Below are positions 8,686 through 18,344 of a DNA stretch of 64,000 nt, in pieces. The stretch is from Acidimicrobiia bacterium (GTDB taxonomy: Bacteria; Actinomycetota; Acidimicrobiia; IMCC26256; JBMOIJ01), in contig JBMOIJ010000004.1 of the NCBI GenBank assembly GCA_049317385.1, positions 45,591 through 109,590 on the forward strand, read 5' to 3'. The notes beneath the pieces were generated by a model. The model searched no databases. It saw only the letters and a program-made list of their open reading frames with translations, and was not told the DNA's origin. A program made the translations under genes and the position numbers. Within the stretch, counting starts at the first letter, position 1; every line of letters starts with the position of its first letter.

Positions 8686-10055
8686 CTCGGCGGACTCATC
8701 GCTCCAGTGAAGCCGAACTGCCCGCTTCTTAGTCGTCGGCTCAACGCCACTGCTCCGGTGGCGGCTGCCACCAGGAGCGCCGGCTCGGCCGCCACCCGCA
8801 AACGGGTGGAGCCATACGAGATGATCGTCACCAGCGTGACGAGGACGGCCACCGAGCACAAGGGCCAGATTGCCCGTCGCTGACGGCGTAGCGCCACCAG
8901 ACCAGGCCCGGCGAGCAGCACGAAGCCGAAGAACATGACGTAGCCGACCGACTGCCAGAACCGATCGCGACCTTCTTTGGCATCGAATGCCACTTGGTTG
9001 CGGGGATCCCACAGCCCCCAGGTGCGCGCGAGCCGGACGGCAACGACGCGTGGCAACTCGCCCTTGTGGTCGGAGATGTAATCGGTGCCCACCTTCGACC
9101 ACCGGCGGTAGGCCTGGGCCTCGCTGGTGCCGCTGCCGATACTCGAGTCGGTGAGCGCGGCCGCCACCAAGATGCACTCGAAGCTCCAGCTCCCGAGATC
9201 CTTGCCGCCGAAGTACGTGCGGTCACAGTTGGAGCCCGGCATCACCGAGCCGGCGTTGTTCGAAACCGGGATCACCTGATGAAAGGTGACCCAGTTCCGA
9301 ATGGTCCACGGAGTGATGACCAGCGCCGCGGTCACGATGAGTGCCGCCGCGTTGCGCCACCGGTTGGCGCGCACGACGATCAGCGTCGGGAGCCCGATGA
9401 GCAATGCCAACAACATCGCTTCCTGGCGCGTGAGCGCTGCGAGTCCGATGCACGCGCCGATCATGGCGAAGCGCCACCACTTCGGGTTGTCGAGCGCGCA
9501 GTACGTGGTCCACAACGCACTTGCGATGAGAAGCACGTACAACGACTCGGCCATGAACGCGCCATCGATCTGGAACAACAACGGATAGACGGCTGCGAAC
9601 GCTGCGGCCACGATGCCCACGGCGTTGCCCGCAACTCGTCGGCCCAACATGCCGATCACGAACACGGCCGTGGCCCCGATGCCGCACAGAATCGTGGCCT
9701 GGGTGATGCGCGCCTCGACGCCCAGGCGCGCCAGGAGCGACACGATCAATGGCAGGAGCGGTGGGAACTCCGCCGTGGCGATGCGGTCCGGGGGAAACGG
9801 CGGAATCTGCGGTGGACGGACGTACCCCAACCCCGTCGCCAGGTTGTTCCCTAGCCAGTGGTACGTGAGGCCGTCGCCGACACCGAACAGGTGTGGAGCC
9901 ACCAACCGTGCGAAGGCAATGCGGATCGCGAGGCCAACGAGCGCAATGACCCCGATGATGACCACTGCCCGCCGGCTCGACGCACCGTCCGCCGAGACAG
10001 TGTTGCTCGGCGATGGAGTCGGGGCGGTCGCAGCGGGGGCCGCCGTGGTCGTCAT
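8682..10055 (-). CDS. GT-C fold glycosyltransferase (ArnT/PMT-like, family 39/83 type)
   Basis: Multi-pass membrane protein with an N-terminal loop FGVGDGLTYHWLGNNLATGLGY. It is translationally coupled to the AT3 gene. The start was taken at ATG 10055. Confidence 0.8.
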   Translation of the reverse strand: MTTTAAPAATAPTPSPSNTVSADGASSRRAVVIIGVIALVGLAIRIAFARLVAPHLFGVGDGLTYHWLGNNLATGLGYVRPPQIPPFPPDRIATAEFPPLLPLIVSLLARLGVEARITQATILCGIGATAVFVIGMLGRRVAGNAVGIVAAAFAAVYPLLFQIDGAFMAESLYVLLIASALWTTYCALDNPKWWRFAMIGACIGLAALTRQEAMLLALLIGLPTLIVVRANRWRNAAALIVTAALVITPWTIRNWVTFHQVIPVSNNAGSVMPGSNCDRTYFGGKDLGSWSFECILVAAALTDSSIGSGTSEAQAYRRWSKVGTDYISDHKGELPRVVAVRLARTWGLWDPRNQVAFDAKEGRDRFWQSVGYVMFFGFVLLAGPGLVALRRQRRAIWPLCSVAVLVTLVTIISYGSTRLRVAAEPALLVAAATGAVALSRRLRSGQFGFTGAMSPPR

Positions 10056-10197
10056 GGCGATCGACGGTACCGGAGCAGGCCCAGACCGTGCCCGTGGTCG
10101 CAATTCCGTGCGCCCATGACTGGCCTGGGGGCACCCACGGGTCCGGTGAGCGGGTGTACGTTCGCCGCACACCTACGACTCACCCAAAGGGGCTCTT

Positions 10198-10740
10198 GTG
10201 ACTCGCAGTCATCGTCTTGTGTTGTTCGTCCTCGGTGCTGTGCTCTCGCTGTTCGTGCTGGGCGCGTGTTCGAGCTCCTCGAAGTCGGCGAGCACCACCA
10301 CGACTGCAGCAAGTTCGTCATCGACCACGGCGGCCAAGGAATCCTCCACTACCTCGGCCTCCAAGACGACGGCGCCAGCGGGTGCGGTAGCGGGCGTCGA
10401 GTGCCCGCCGAGTGGAGCAACCAAGATCGGCACCCGCGCCCTCGGAAACGGTGGAACCGAGACCGATTACAGCATCAGCTCCGAGTACCAGACCGTGCTC
10501 TCGGCCTGTCAGACCGCGTTTCAGAAGGCAGGCTGGGCCGTACGCGGGGGCGGCGGTGGTGGTTGGGGCAACAGCGGTGGCGGCGGGTTCGGAGCCACCA
10601 AAGCCGCTGCGCACGTGCAGGTCGAAGTGGGCAGCAACGGCGGTCCCACGTACGTCAACGTGTGCTCCTGGCCTGGACCGCAGTCGAACGACAGCTGTGG
10701 CGACCAGGACAACGACGGTCAGAACGACAACAACGACTGA
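10198..10740 (+). CDS. lipoprotein, hypothetical
   Basis: Signal peptide with lipobox LGAC, a Ser/Thr-rich linker, and Gly-rich and acidic C-terminal tracts. There is an RBS before GTG 10198. Confidence 0.75.
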   Translation: MTRSHRLVLFVLGAVLSLFVLGACSSSSKSASTTTTAASSSSTTAAKESSTTSASKTTAPAGAVAGVECPPSGATKIGTRALGNGGTETDYSISSEYQTVLSACQTAFQKAGWAVRGGGGGGWGNSGGGGFGATKAAAHVQVEVGSNGGPTYVNVCSWPGPQSNDSCGDQDNDGQNDNND

Positions 10741-10752
10741 TCCAGAACCGCT

Positions 10753-10790
10753 GCTGACGGTTGCGGCGCGCGGAGCGCCGCGCCGTCAGC
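10753..10790. terminator. bidirectional hairpin between convergent genes
   Basis: gctgacgg-tt-gcggcgc-gcgga-gcgccgc-g-ccgtcagc forms 8+7 bp stems. It overlaps the stop codon of the minus-strand gene. Confidence 0.5.
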
Positions 10791-12807
10791 GGACGGTGCC
10801 GGCCTTCGCGTTGGCGACGCGAGCGGTGGGTTCGACCACTGCTGGAACCGACGGAACGTCCACGCCGCCAGCGCGTGCAACCAATGCCTCGGGCGTGCTG
10901 CCCAACGCGTCCGTGACGTAGTCGATGGTGGTGGTGTCGGGGCCGATGACCTCGAGCGCAGCCCAGTCGGCGGCGCGAATTCCCGCCGCCCACGCGACTG
11001 TGGCCACCGACTGACGACCGCGCGCGGCACGAAGCGCGGCGCCGAGTGCGGATTGTGCGACGCCCGCGCGCGCCAACAGGCCGACAGCCACGTCGGAACT
11101 GACGTTGCCACCCAACAGGAACGAGTGGGCGGCGAGTTCCTGGAGCACGTCGGTCGCGTAGAGGTCCTTGACGGTCGCGTCGTTCATGGCGTCGCGGACT
11201 CGGCGCGCCACGATGTCGGCGGCATCCTGGTCGAACGTGAACGCGCTGCGAGCCCGCAGCTGTCGAGCAACGAGCTTGTGGTCGGCCTTGGCGAGATGTC
11301 GGGCCAAACGCAGCACCGAGTCGCGATCCGCCGGTTGGTTCGCCACCAGAGCGTCCCAAACCGCAGGGTCGATTCCGGATTCCTCGCACCACGCGGCTCC
11401 GGACCTACCGGAGTCTTCTGCGAGCGCCTGGAGCGTGAAGCTCAGCACGCTACGAAGGTCGAGCACGTCGCGTCCGGTGAGCTCCAAGGCTGCCGTCAGT
11501 GCAGATCGTTCGTCTGCCGGTGCGATCTCGGTTGACGCGACTGCTGCCGCCGATGCGGCGAGGTGACGTTCACTCGCGCGTGGTTCGTACGGTCGTCCAT
11601 CGAGAACACCCTGGATTTCTGCAACCGTGAGGTCATAGGCGTCGGTGATCGTTGCGGCGTACTCGAGTGCGCGCGATCGTAGGCCGGTCGTCTCGATGTG
11701 ATCGATCTCGATGAGCGCGTCGGTGAGCGTTCGATAGAAGCCGTTTTCGTAGAGCCGTCCGGCGACAAATTCTCGGCTTTGGCTGCGCCTCTCGCGCACC
11801 TGGCGAAGCCGTCCTCCGAGTTCGATGCGCTTGTCTTCGCTGTGCGCCATCCCTCGCAGCGCGTGCGCAACTTCCCGCAGCTTTGTCGAGGCGTTCCGCG
11901 CCTCGGGATGCTGGTCGAACGTCTCGGCGGTGAGGCGACGGGCTTCGGCAACCGACAGGTCATAGGCCCGCAGCAGCGAGAAGGCTCGCGTGCGCAGGCG
12001 CTCATTCGGCGCACCGGATTCGATGGAGTGCAGTCGGTGCGCAGCGTGGTCGAAGGAGAATGCGTCGTCACTCGCCACCATCCGTCGAATGACGTCGAGT
12101 TCGGTGATTCCGCCGGCGGTGCGCAACTCGTGGAGCTTCTTCCCCAGTGTGATGCGCGCGGCACGAATGTCGCTGATGTCGAACAGCTCTTGTTGAAGTG
12201 CGTCGGATTCAGGCGTCTCTTCGATCCAGGGAACGTCTATTCCCCGCGTCAGTGTGAGCCCCGTTTGCAGGAGCACCGTTGCACCGATCTCATCCGCGCG
12301 ATGGGGCGTGATGTCGAGTGCGGCAATCAGCGCAGCCGCGGATTGCGTTCCGTTCCACGTGAGGTTGGGGTTGGTGCCGCGCAGGGCGTTTGCGAGGGCG
12401 GCACTCAGTGCTGCGTGGCCGGTGAGCCGCGCGAGTGATACCGCCTCCTCGAACGCGCCGGCGTTCGGGTGCTCGGCGTACATGCGTTCCACGAGTGCCG
12501 GGTTCTCGCGCGTCACCTCGACGAGGAAGCTCATGGTGTCGCGCGCTTCGGGCGAGTCGGCTGCGAGCACGCCGGTGACCAAGTCGATGAGCGACTCGGC
12601 ATCGACCGTGCATCGGCGGGCTTTCTCCGGGGAGCTGCGCTTGAGCAGCTTGTTGCGGCGGGTTTCATGGATTGCGGTAACGCACTCGTCGATTGGCATC
12701 CGCCCGTCGGTGGTGCCAGCGCCGAAGTCACCGTCTTCGAGTAGTACGTCGAGGAAGGCCGCAATTTGGTGGCGGCGCAGTCCCTGCGCCCGGGGAGATC
12801 CGTCCAT
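10786..12807 (-). CDS. large hypothetical protein with four XRE/Cro-like helix-turn-helix modules
   Basis: 673 aa. Four LGxxLRxxR...(S/T)xxxxA...I..(I/L)E-type segments recur: LGKKLHELRTAGGITELDV, LGGRLRQVRERRSQSREFVA, LQALAEDSGRSGAAWCEESGI and LGAALRAARGRQSVATVAWAAGI. The N-terminal ~200 aa are unassigned. Confidence 0.72.
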   Translation of the reverse strand: MDGSPRAQGLRRHQIAAFLDVLLEDGDFGAGTTDGRMPIDECVTAIHETRRNKLLKRSSPEKARRCTVDAESLIDLVTGVLAADSPEARDTMSFLVEVTRENPALVERMYAEHPNAGAFEEAVSLARLTGHAALSAALANALRGTNPNLTWNGTQSAAALIAALDITPHRADEIGATVLLQTGLTLTRGIDVPWIEETPESDALQQELFDISDIRAARITLGKKLHELRTAGGITELDVIRRMVASDDAFSFDHAAHRLHSIESGAPNERLRTRAFSLLRAYDLSVAEARRLTAETFDQHPEARNASTKLREVAHALRGMAHSEDKRIELGGRLRQVRERRSQSREFVAGRLYENGFYRTLTDALIEIDHIETTGLRSRALEYAATITDAYDLTVAEIQGVLDGRPYEPRASERHLAASAAAVASTEIAPADERSALTAALELTGRDVLDLRSVLSFTLQALAEDSGRSGAAWCEESGIDPAVWDALVANQPADRDSVLRLARHLAKADHKLVARQLRARSAFTFDQDAADIVARRVRDAMNDATVKDLYATDVLQELAAHSFLLGGNVSSDVAVGLLARAGVAQSALGAALRAARGRQSVATVAWAAGIRAADWAALEVIGPDTTTIDYVTDALGSTPEALVARAGGVDVPSVPAVVEPTARVANAKAGTVR

Positions 12808-12925
12808 TGGGACGAGAGTAATGAGAACGGTGGAATCTGGGCAAACCGCTTAGAGGGCGACCAGATGGGCGCGGACCCGGCGGCGGTGTGTGCGGCGTAT
12901 CCAACCGCTACGCCAGAATTCGCCC

Positions 12926-13420
12926 ATGGCCGACACCACCGAACTCGTCATCCAGCGCAAGCTCGCGTCACTGAACAGCTTCGCCATCCAAGCCCCCGAT
13001 GGCAGTGCCGCGTTCGACGTGAAGTTCCACCTCGGGTTGGGCAAGGAGAGTTGGACGTTCTCCGACCCGTCCGGCGCCGAGGTCGGTTCACTCGTACGGC
13101 CGCCGATGCACGTGCACCCCACGTTCGAACTCGACCGACCGGGCGAACCGCACGTCACCATCAGCAAGGCCAACTTCATGCCAGTCCACGAGACCTGGCG
13201 CATCGCCGGCACCGAACACGGCGACCTCGATGTGAACGGCGACGTGGCCGACCACGAGTTCACCGTCAACGATGGATCGGGCGCCGCAGTTGCGCAGGCG
13301 TCGCGTGCGTGGGTGACCGTGCACCAGACCTACGCCGTGCGCTGCAACGGCCTCGACCCAGTCGTCGCCGCAGCCACAGCAATTGCAATCGACGTCACCG
13401 AACACCCGCGCAACGTCTGA
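12926..13420 (+). CDS. LURP-one-related / DUF567-like (tubby-scramblase fold) protein
   Basis: 164 aa with a beta-rich pattern that I recognise as the LOR family. The family assignment is moderate. The start was taken at ATG 12926. Confidence 0.65.
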   Translation: MADTTELVIQRKLASLNSFAIQAPDGSAAFDVKFHLGLGKESWTFSDPSGAEVGSLVRPPMHVHPTFELDRPGEPHVTISKANFMPVHETWRIAGTEHGDLDVNGDVADHEFTVNDGSGAAVAQASRAWVTVHQTYAVRCNGLDPVVAAATAIAIDVTEHPRNV

Positions 13421-13461
13421 CGCCTGCGCGGGTCGCACCGCACTGGTTGGCGTTCACCCGA

Positions 13462-14073
13462 TCAGCCGTCGAGGCCGCGGATGAAGGCGGCGAGCTCCGG
13501 GAATTCGGTGATGCCGGCTTCGCCGTTGATGTGTTGGGCGCCGCGCAGCACGACGAAATCGGCGAGTAGCTGATCAGCAAGGTCGCGGTTCGCGGCCTCG
13601 GGAACATAGGGGTCGTCAGTGCCGTGCCAAGCCCGGATGACGCCTCCTCGAGCGCGCGCGGTGGCCCAGTCGCAGGGGCCTTCGACGATGGTGGCGTTGA
13701 TTGGGTCGACGTCGGGGTCGTCGAGGAGCGTCATGAACCCGCACACGAGCGCAGTTGCGACGACGTGTGGTCCATCGGTGGGGGCGCGACGTTCGAGGAC
13801 TCGGACGAGGAACCCTGCACCGATGCTGTGGCCGACGAGGATGTCCGACGCGCGTAGTGGTGCGACCTGTTCGTCGAACACGGCGAGCCAGGACGTGAGG
13901 TTTTGGTTTTCAGGGGTGGGGAAGCGCGGAGTGACCACGTCGTATTCATCGCCGAGCTCGGTACGGAGCCACGGAAACCAGTTGATCTCCGGCGACCCGA
14001 ACGCGCCGTGAACGACAATGACTCGGCGGCGTTCCGGTGGCGAATCGGGGTTCGGCGACGACTCGTTGATCAA
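13462..14073 (-). CDS. serine hydrolase (YdeN/RBBP9-type alpha/beta hydrolase)
   Basis: [12 protein letters not shown]-terminus and nucleophile elbow GHSIGAG. The TTG start overlaps the aldolase stop (TTGA). Confidence 0.8.
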   Translation of the reverse strand: MINESSPNPDSPPERRRVIVVHGAFGSPEINWFPWLRTELGDEYDVVTPRFPTPENQNLTSWLAVFDEQVAPLRASDILVGHSIGAGFLVRVLERRAPTDGPHVVATALVCGFMTLLDDPDVDPINATIVEGPCDWATARARGGVIRAWHGTDDPYVPEAANRDLADQLLADFVVLRGAQHINGEAGITEFPELAAFIRGLDG

Positions 14074-14957
14074 GTGTTGGACGCGGCGTAGATGCTCTGG
14101 ATGGCTGCGTCGAGCATGGTGTTGAACTCGTCGTCGCTCTGCTGCGCACTCAGGCCTTCGGTGAGGGCACGCGAGAACGACGCGATCATCCCGTGGTTGC
14201 GCGCCAGCTTGGCGTTGGCATCTTCCCGGCTGTAACCACCCGACAACGCGACCACCCGCACGACGCGAGGGTGCGCAATGAGTTCGGCGTAGAAGTCGTC
14301 GACGCTCGGGATGGTGAGCTTCAGCATCACGTCTTGCGTGTCGTTCAGTGCGTTCAGCTGTTCGAGGATGGAGGCTCGCAGCATCGTCTCGGCTTCGGCC
14401 TTCGACGGGCTGTTGATGTCGACTTCGGGCTCGATGATGGGCACCAAACCGCCGGCGATGATCTGGCGACCGATCTCGAACTGCTGGTCGACGACACCCT
14501 TCACGCCGGTTTCGTCGGCGAGCTTGATGACCGAACGCATCTTCGTGCCGAACACGCCCTTGCTCACCGCGCGAGCGAGAAGCTCGTCGAGGCCAGGCAT
14601 CGGCTTCATCATCTGCGCGCCGTCGGCTTCGTCGGCGAGGCCCTTGTCGACCTTCAAGAACGGCACCACGTGCTTGACGTTCCAGAGGTAATCGGCCGTG
14701 CCGCGACCCTCGACCTCGCGGTCCATGGTCTGCTCGAAGAGGATCGCACCCATGATGCGCTCGCCGTTGAACGCCGGGCTCGTCATGATGCGCGAGCGCA
14801 TGGTGTGCATGAGGTCGAACATCTCGGTGTCGTTCGAGTATTCCGACTCTTCGATGCCGTAGAGGTGCAACGCCTTGGGCGTGCTGCCCCCGCTCTGGTC
14901 GAGTGCGGCGATGAAGCCCTTGCCGGTCTTGGCTTGGTCGAACATTTCCTGGTTCAT
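14070..14957 (-). CDS. class I fructose-bisphosphate aldolase
   Basis: The N-terminus contains [19 protein letters not shown], typical of bacterial class I FBA, and the length is 296 aa. There is a GGGAG RBS before ATG 14957. Confidence 0.9.
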   Translation of the reverse strand: MNQEMFDQAKTGKGFIAALDQSGGSTPKALHLYGIEESEYSNDTEMFDLMHTMRSRIMTSPAFNGERIMGAILFEQTMDREVEGRGTADYLWNVKHVVPFLKVDKGLADEADGAQMMKPMPGLDELLARAVSKGVFGTKMRSVIKLADETGVKGVVDQQFEIGRQIIAGGLVPIIEPEVDINSPSKAEAETMLRASILEQLNALNDTQDVMLKLTIPSVDDFYAELIAHPRVVRVVALSGGYSREDANAKLARNHGMIASFSRALTEGLSAQQSDDEFNTMLDAAIQSIYAASNT

Positions 14958-15050
14958 CGCGTCACTCCCTGAGACGGTCAGCAAACCGCCAGTGGCTCGC
15001 CGGACGATTCGACGCTACCAACGACGCGCCGATTGGGTCAGGGGCGCTGG

Positions 15051-15713
15051 TCAGACGAATGCCGCCGCCGGAAGCTCGGCCGTGCCGGACGCGATGCCGT
15101 CGATGATGCGCGCCGCCACTGCGGTGGGCGCGAGGCCCTCGGGGAACCTGGGGGCCGTGCCGAACATCGGCCGTGTCGCGAGGCCGGTCTCAGTGTGGGG
15201 TGGACGGGCGTCCATCACCAACACGCCGTGACGGCGCACCTCGCGGGCCATTGCGCCGAAGCCGCTCGACACCGCGGCCTTTGCTGCGCAGTAGGCGGCC
15301 AGGTTCGCGATCGGTGCCTCGGCGACGACACCGCTGATGTTCACCAGGAACCCGCAGGTTTCGATGAGCGCCGGCAGTACCGCTTGCGCGAGCCACAACG
15401 GGCCGAGGGCATCGACGAGGAACAGTTCTTCGAGGGCAGCCGGATCGGTGTCGGCCAGCGCGCCGAACCCCACGCGTCCACTTGCGATCACGACACCGTC
15501 GAGCAATCCGAACCGTTGCCGGGCGGCGTCGACGATCACGGACCCGGCCTCGGGGTCGCGCACGTCGACCGCACAGTCGCCACTCGTGTGGCCGACGCGC
15601 AACACCTGCGCGCCGCGTGCCTCGAGATCGGAGCACAGCGCATGGCCCAAGCCGCCGCTCGCGCCGACTACGGCAACCGCGGCATCGGTGAGGGAACGCG
15701 GTGATGCGGGCAC
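15051..15713 (-). CDS. short-chain dehydrogenase/reductase (SDR)
   Basis: VVGASGGLG dinucleotide-binding motif and a YCAAK catalytic YxxxK. The start is uncertain (GTG 15713, or 15752 as in the track). Confidence 0.8.
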   Translation of the reverse strand: MPASPRSLTDAAVAVVGASGGLGHALCSDLEARGAQVLRVGHTSGDCAVDVRDPEAGSVIVDAARQRFGLLDGVVIASGRVGFGALADTDPAALEELFLVDALGPLWLAQAVLPALIETCGFLVNISGVVAEAPIANLAAYCAAKAAVSSGFGAMAREVRRHGVLVMDARPPHTETGLATRPMFGTAPRFPEGLAPTAVAARIIDGIASGTAELPAAAFV

Positions 15714-15720
15714 GGTAGCT

Positions 15721-17337
15721 CTACGACTCCGACGCCGCACCCGGATCAGCACCGCCGGCGGCTGCGTACTCGGCCAAGAGTTGTCGTTCCTCGTTCGCCT
15801 TGGGGAAGACGAAGAAGACCAGTGCGGCGCCGATGATCACTGCGATGATGCCGGCCAGGTACGCCCAGTCCTGCCCGTCGACGAAGGCCTGGCGCGCACC
15901 GGCGACGATCTGATCGGCGTACTGGGGATACTGCTGGGCGAGGTTCGCGGCGCTCGAGAACGACTTGGTGAGTGCGCTCTGGGTGCTCTCTGTGATTTGC
16001 GTTGCGTTGGGGGCGCCCGCGAGTTGCGTGGTCACCGCATGGGCGTACCCGGCAGTGAGCAGCGCGCCCAGAATCGACTGCATGATGGCGCCGCCGAGGT
16101 CGCGTTGGAGATCGGCGGTTCCCGATGCCATTCCCGCGCGTTGCACGGGCACGGCGCCGGTGAGCGAGTGCGACGCCGGCGTGCCGGCCAACCCGACACC
16201 GGCGCCCACGAACGCGTAGCCGAGGGCAACGACGCCGTACGACGACCCGGGGTGCCAGAGCGTGAGCATCGTCACGAACCCGAGCAACACGCATACGTAT
16301 CCGCACAGAAGCGTGAAGCGTGCGCCGCGTCGGTCGGTGAGCTTGGCCGAAAGGGGCGCGAGCACCACCATGAACAACGCTGACGGCAAGATGGCGGCGC
16401 CGGCCTCGATGGTGGAGTAGCCCAACACGTTCTGTAGGAACTGTTGGCCGATGAACATCGCACCCATCAGCGAACCGAAGACGATGATGCCGGCGACCGC
16501 CGCGACCCAGAAGATGCGTCGTGATGCAACCGAAAGGTCGTAGAGCGGGTTCGGCGCGCGGCGTTGGCGCAACAAGAACCCGCCCAGTGCGCCGACGCCG
16601 ATGATCGCAAGACCGAGGGCCAATGTTCCCGAGTTCGGGACGACCGCAAAGTTGATGGCCAAGATGGTGGCGCCAACCAAGACAACCGAAAGCATGCCAC
16701 CCAGGTTGTCGACCGGTTCGGTTTCTTCGTTCACGTGCGCCGGCACGAACTTCGGCGCCAAGATCAACCCGAGCACTGCGAGGGGCAGCGTGACGAGGAA
16801 CACCGAACCCCACCAGTAGTGACGCAGCAACGTCCCCGACACCAACGGCCCGATCGCGCCGATCGCGCCACCACTCGCCGACCACAACGCAATGGCGCGC
16901 GTGCGCGGTGGGCCGCTCCACAACGCCGTGATGAGTGAGAGCGTGGTGGGAAAGGCCATCCCGGCCGCGACGCCGCCAAGGATGCGTGCCACGATGAGCA
17001 CCTCGACGCTGGGCGCCCACGCCGCCACCAACCCGGTGGGGATCGACAGGGCAACCCCGGTGAGCATCAGCGCTTTGCGGCCGTAGCGGTCTCCCACTGC
17101 GCCGAGCCAGAGGACCGACGCCGCCAATCCGAGCGAATAGCCCACCGCAACGAGGTTCAACTGGGTCTGGGACGCGTCGAAGTAGCGACCGATGTCGGGC
17201 AACGCAACGTTGGCGACGGCCAGGGGAAGGTTCGCGATCGCCGAAACGAGAATGAGCGTGGCGAGTACGACGCCCGCGCGTGCAGGCGCCGCCGATGGCG
17301 TCTCGGCCGGAGCGGGTGGGGAAGCGTCAGTCGCCAT
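15721..17337 (-). CDS. MFS transporter, DHA2 (EmrB/QacA, 14-TMS) type
   Basis: About 14 TM segments and the motif GAVGDRYGRK. The start was taken at ATG 17337. Confidence 0.88.
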   Translation of the reverse strand: MATDASPPAPAETPSAAPARAGVVLATLILVSAIANLPLAVANVALPDIGRYFDASQTQLNLVAVGYSLGLAASVLWLGAVGDRYGRKALMLTGVALSIPTGLVAAWAPSVEVLIVARILGGVAAGMAFPTTLSLITALWSGPPRTRAIALWSASGGAIGAIGPLVSGTLLRHYWWGSVFLVTLPLAVLGLILAPKFVPAHVNEETEPVDNLGGMLSVVLVGATILAINFAVVPNSGTLALGLAIIGVGALGGFLLRQRRAPNPLYDLSVASRRIFWVAAVAGIIVFGSLMGAMFIGQQFLQNVLGYSTIEAGAAILPSALFMVVLAPLSAKLTDRRGARFTLLCGYVCVLLGFVTMLTLWHPGSSYGVVALGYAFVGAGVGLAGTPASHSLTGAVPVQRAGMASGTADLQRDLGGAIMQSILGALLTAGYAHAVTTQLAGAPNATQITESTQSALTKSFSSAANLAQQYPQYADQIVAGARQAFVDGQDWAYLAGIIAVIIGAALVFFVFPKANEERQLLAEYAAAGGADPGAASES

Positions 17338-17390
17338 GCGGAGCCTTGTCAGTGGTCGGTGCGGCGGTGGCATCGTGGCAAACTCCGCGC

Positions 17391-18320
17391 ATGGGCGCCT
17401 TCGTCACCGATGCCGGCCCGCACGAGTGGCCAACCCTCACGTTCGCGGGGGTCATGTCCTTCGGGCGCGCACCGTACAGCCGTCAGGCCGCCGATGCCGA
17501 CATCGCCATCTTGGGTGTCCCGCTCGACCTTGCCACCACCAACCGCTCCGGCGCGCGTGAAGGCCCCAACGCGATCCGCCCCATGTCGGCGGCGCTCAGC
17601 GAGTTGAAGAACTTCCCGTTCGGGTTCGACCCCGTGAAGGAACGCCGCATCATCGACTGCGGCGACGTGTACTTCGATGCCAACCGCGCCGACTCGTTCG
17701 TTCCTGCCGTTGAAACGGCCGCGTCCGAGATCATCGCGACCGGAACTCGAGTGCTCGCCCTCGGCGGTGACCATTTTATTTCGTATCCGTTGGTACGCGC
17801 CGCAGCTCGGGCGGCGGGCGAGTCGCTTTCGCTCGTGCATTTCGACGCGCACACCGACACGTGGGAAGACGACGGCGTGCGGCTCGATCATGGAACTCAG
17901 TTCCGTCGCCTGGTGAACGAAGGGCTCATTGATCCGGCGACTTCGATTCAGATCGGCATCCGTACCTGGAACGACGACACAATGGGCTTCGACATCTTGG
18001 ATGCCCCGTGGGTGCATGAACACGGCAACTCGGCCACCATCGAGCGCGCGCTTGCCCGGGTCGGCAATCGCCCGACGTATCTCACGTTCGACATCGACTG
18101 CATCGACCCGGCGTTCGCGCCCGGCACGGGAACGCCGGTTGCCGGCGGGCTCTCCACTGCGCAGGCCCTCGAACTCTGGCGCGGTATCGCACCGCACCTC
18201 GATCTGCGCGGCGCCGACGTAGTGGAGGTAGCGCCCGCGTATGACACTGCAGGGGTCACCGCACTGGCCGCGGCCACCTTGGCCCATGACCTGTGTTGCA
18301 TGTGGCGCTTGGACTCCTGA
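17391..18320 (+). CDS. ureohydrolase (agmatinase / guanidinobutyrase family)
   Basis: Arginase-family Mn ligand motifs HFDAHTD, GGDH and DIDCIDPAFAPGTGTP. Confidence 0.9.
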   Translation: MGAFVTDAGPHEWPTLTFAGVMSFGRAPYSRQAADADIAILGVPLDLATTNRSGAREGPNAIRPMSAALSELKNFPFGFDPVKERRIIDCGDVYFDANRADSFVPAVETAASEIIATGTRVLALGGDHFISYPLVRAAARAAGESLSLVHFDAHTDTWEDDGVRLDHGTQFRRLVNEGLIDPATSIQIGIRTWNDDTMGFDILDAPWVHEHGNSATIERALARVGNRPTYLTFDIDCIDPAFAPGTGTPVAGGLSTAQALELWRGIAPHLDLRGADVVEVAPAYDTAGVTALAAATLAHDLCCMWRLDS

Positions 18321-18344
18321 CCGCGTGAACGAAACGATCAGCAA

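Noticed and set aside
8686-9177. Upstream extension of the AT3 ORF (834 aa version); likewise 49774-50127 for the large membrane protein and 44684-45463 for the 230-aa hypothetical
   Set aside because: The extensions overlap neighbouring, better-supported genes and have non-protein-like composition. Internal ATG starts give canonical N-termini and 4-nt coupling overlaps.
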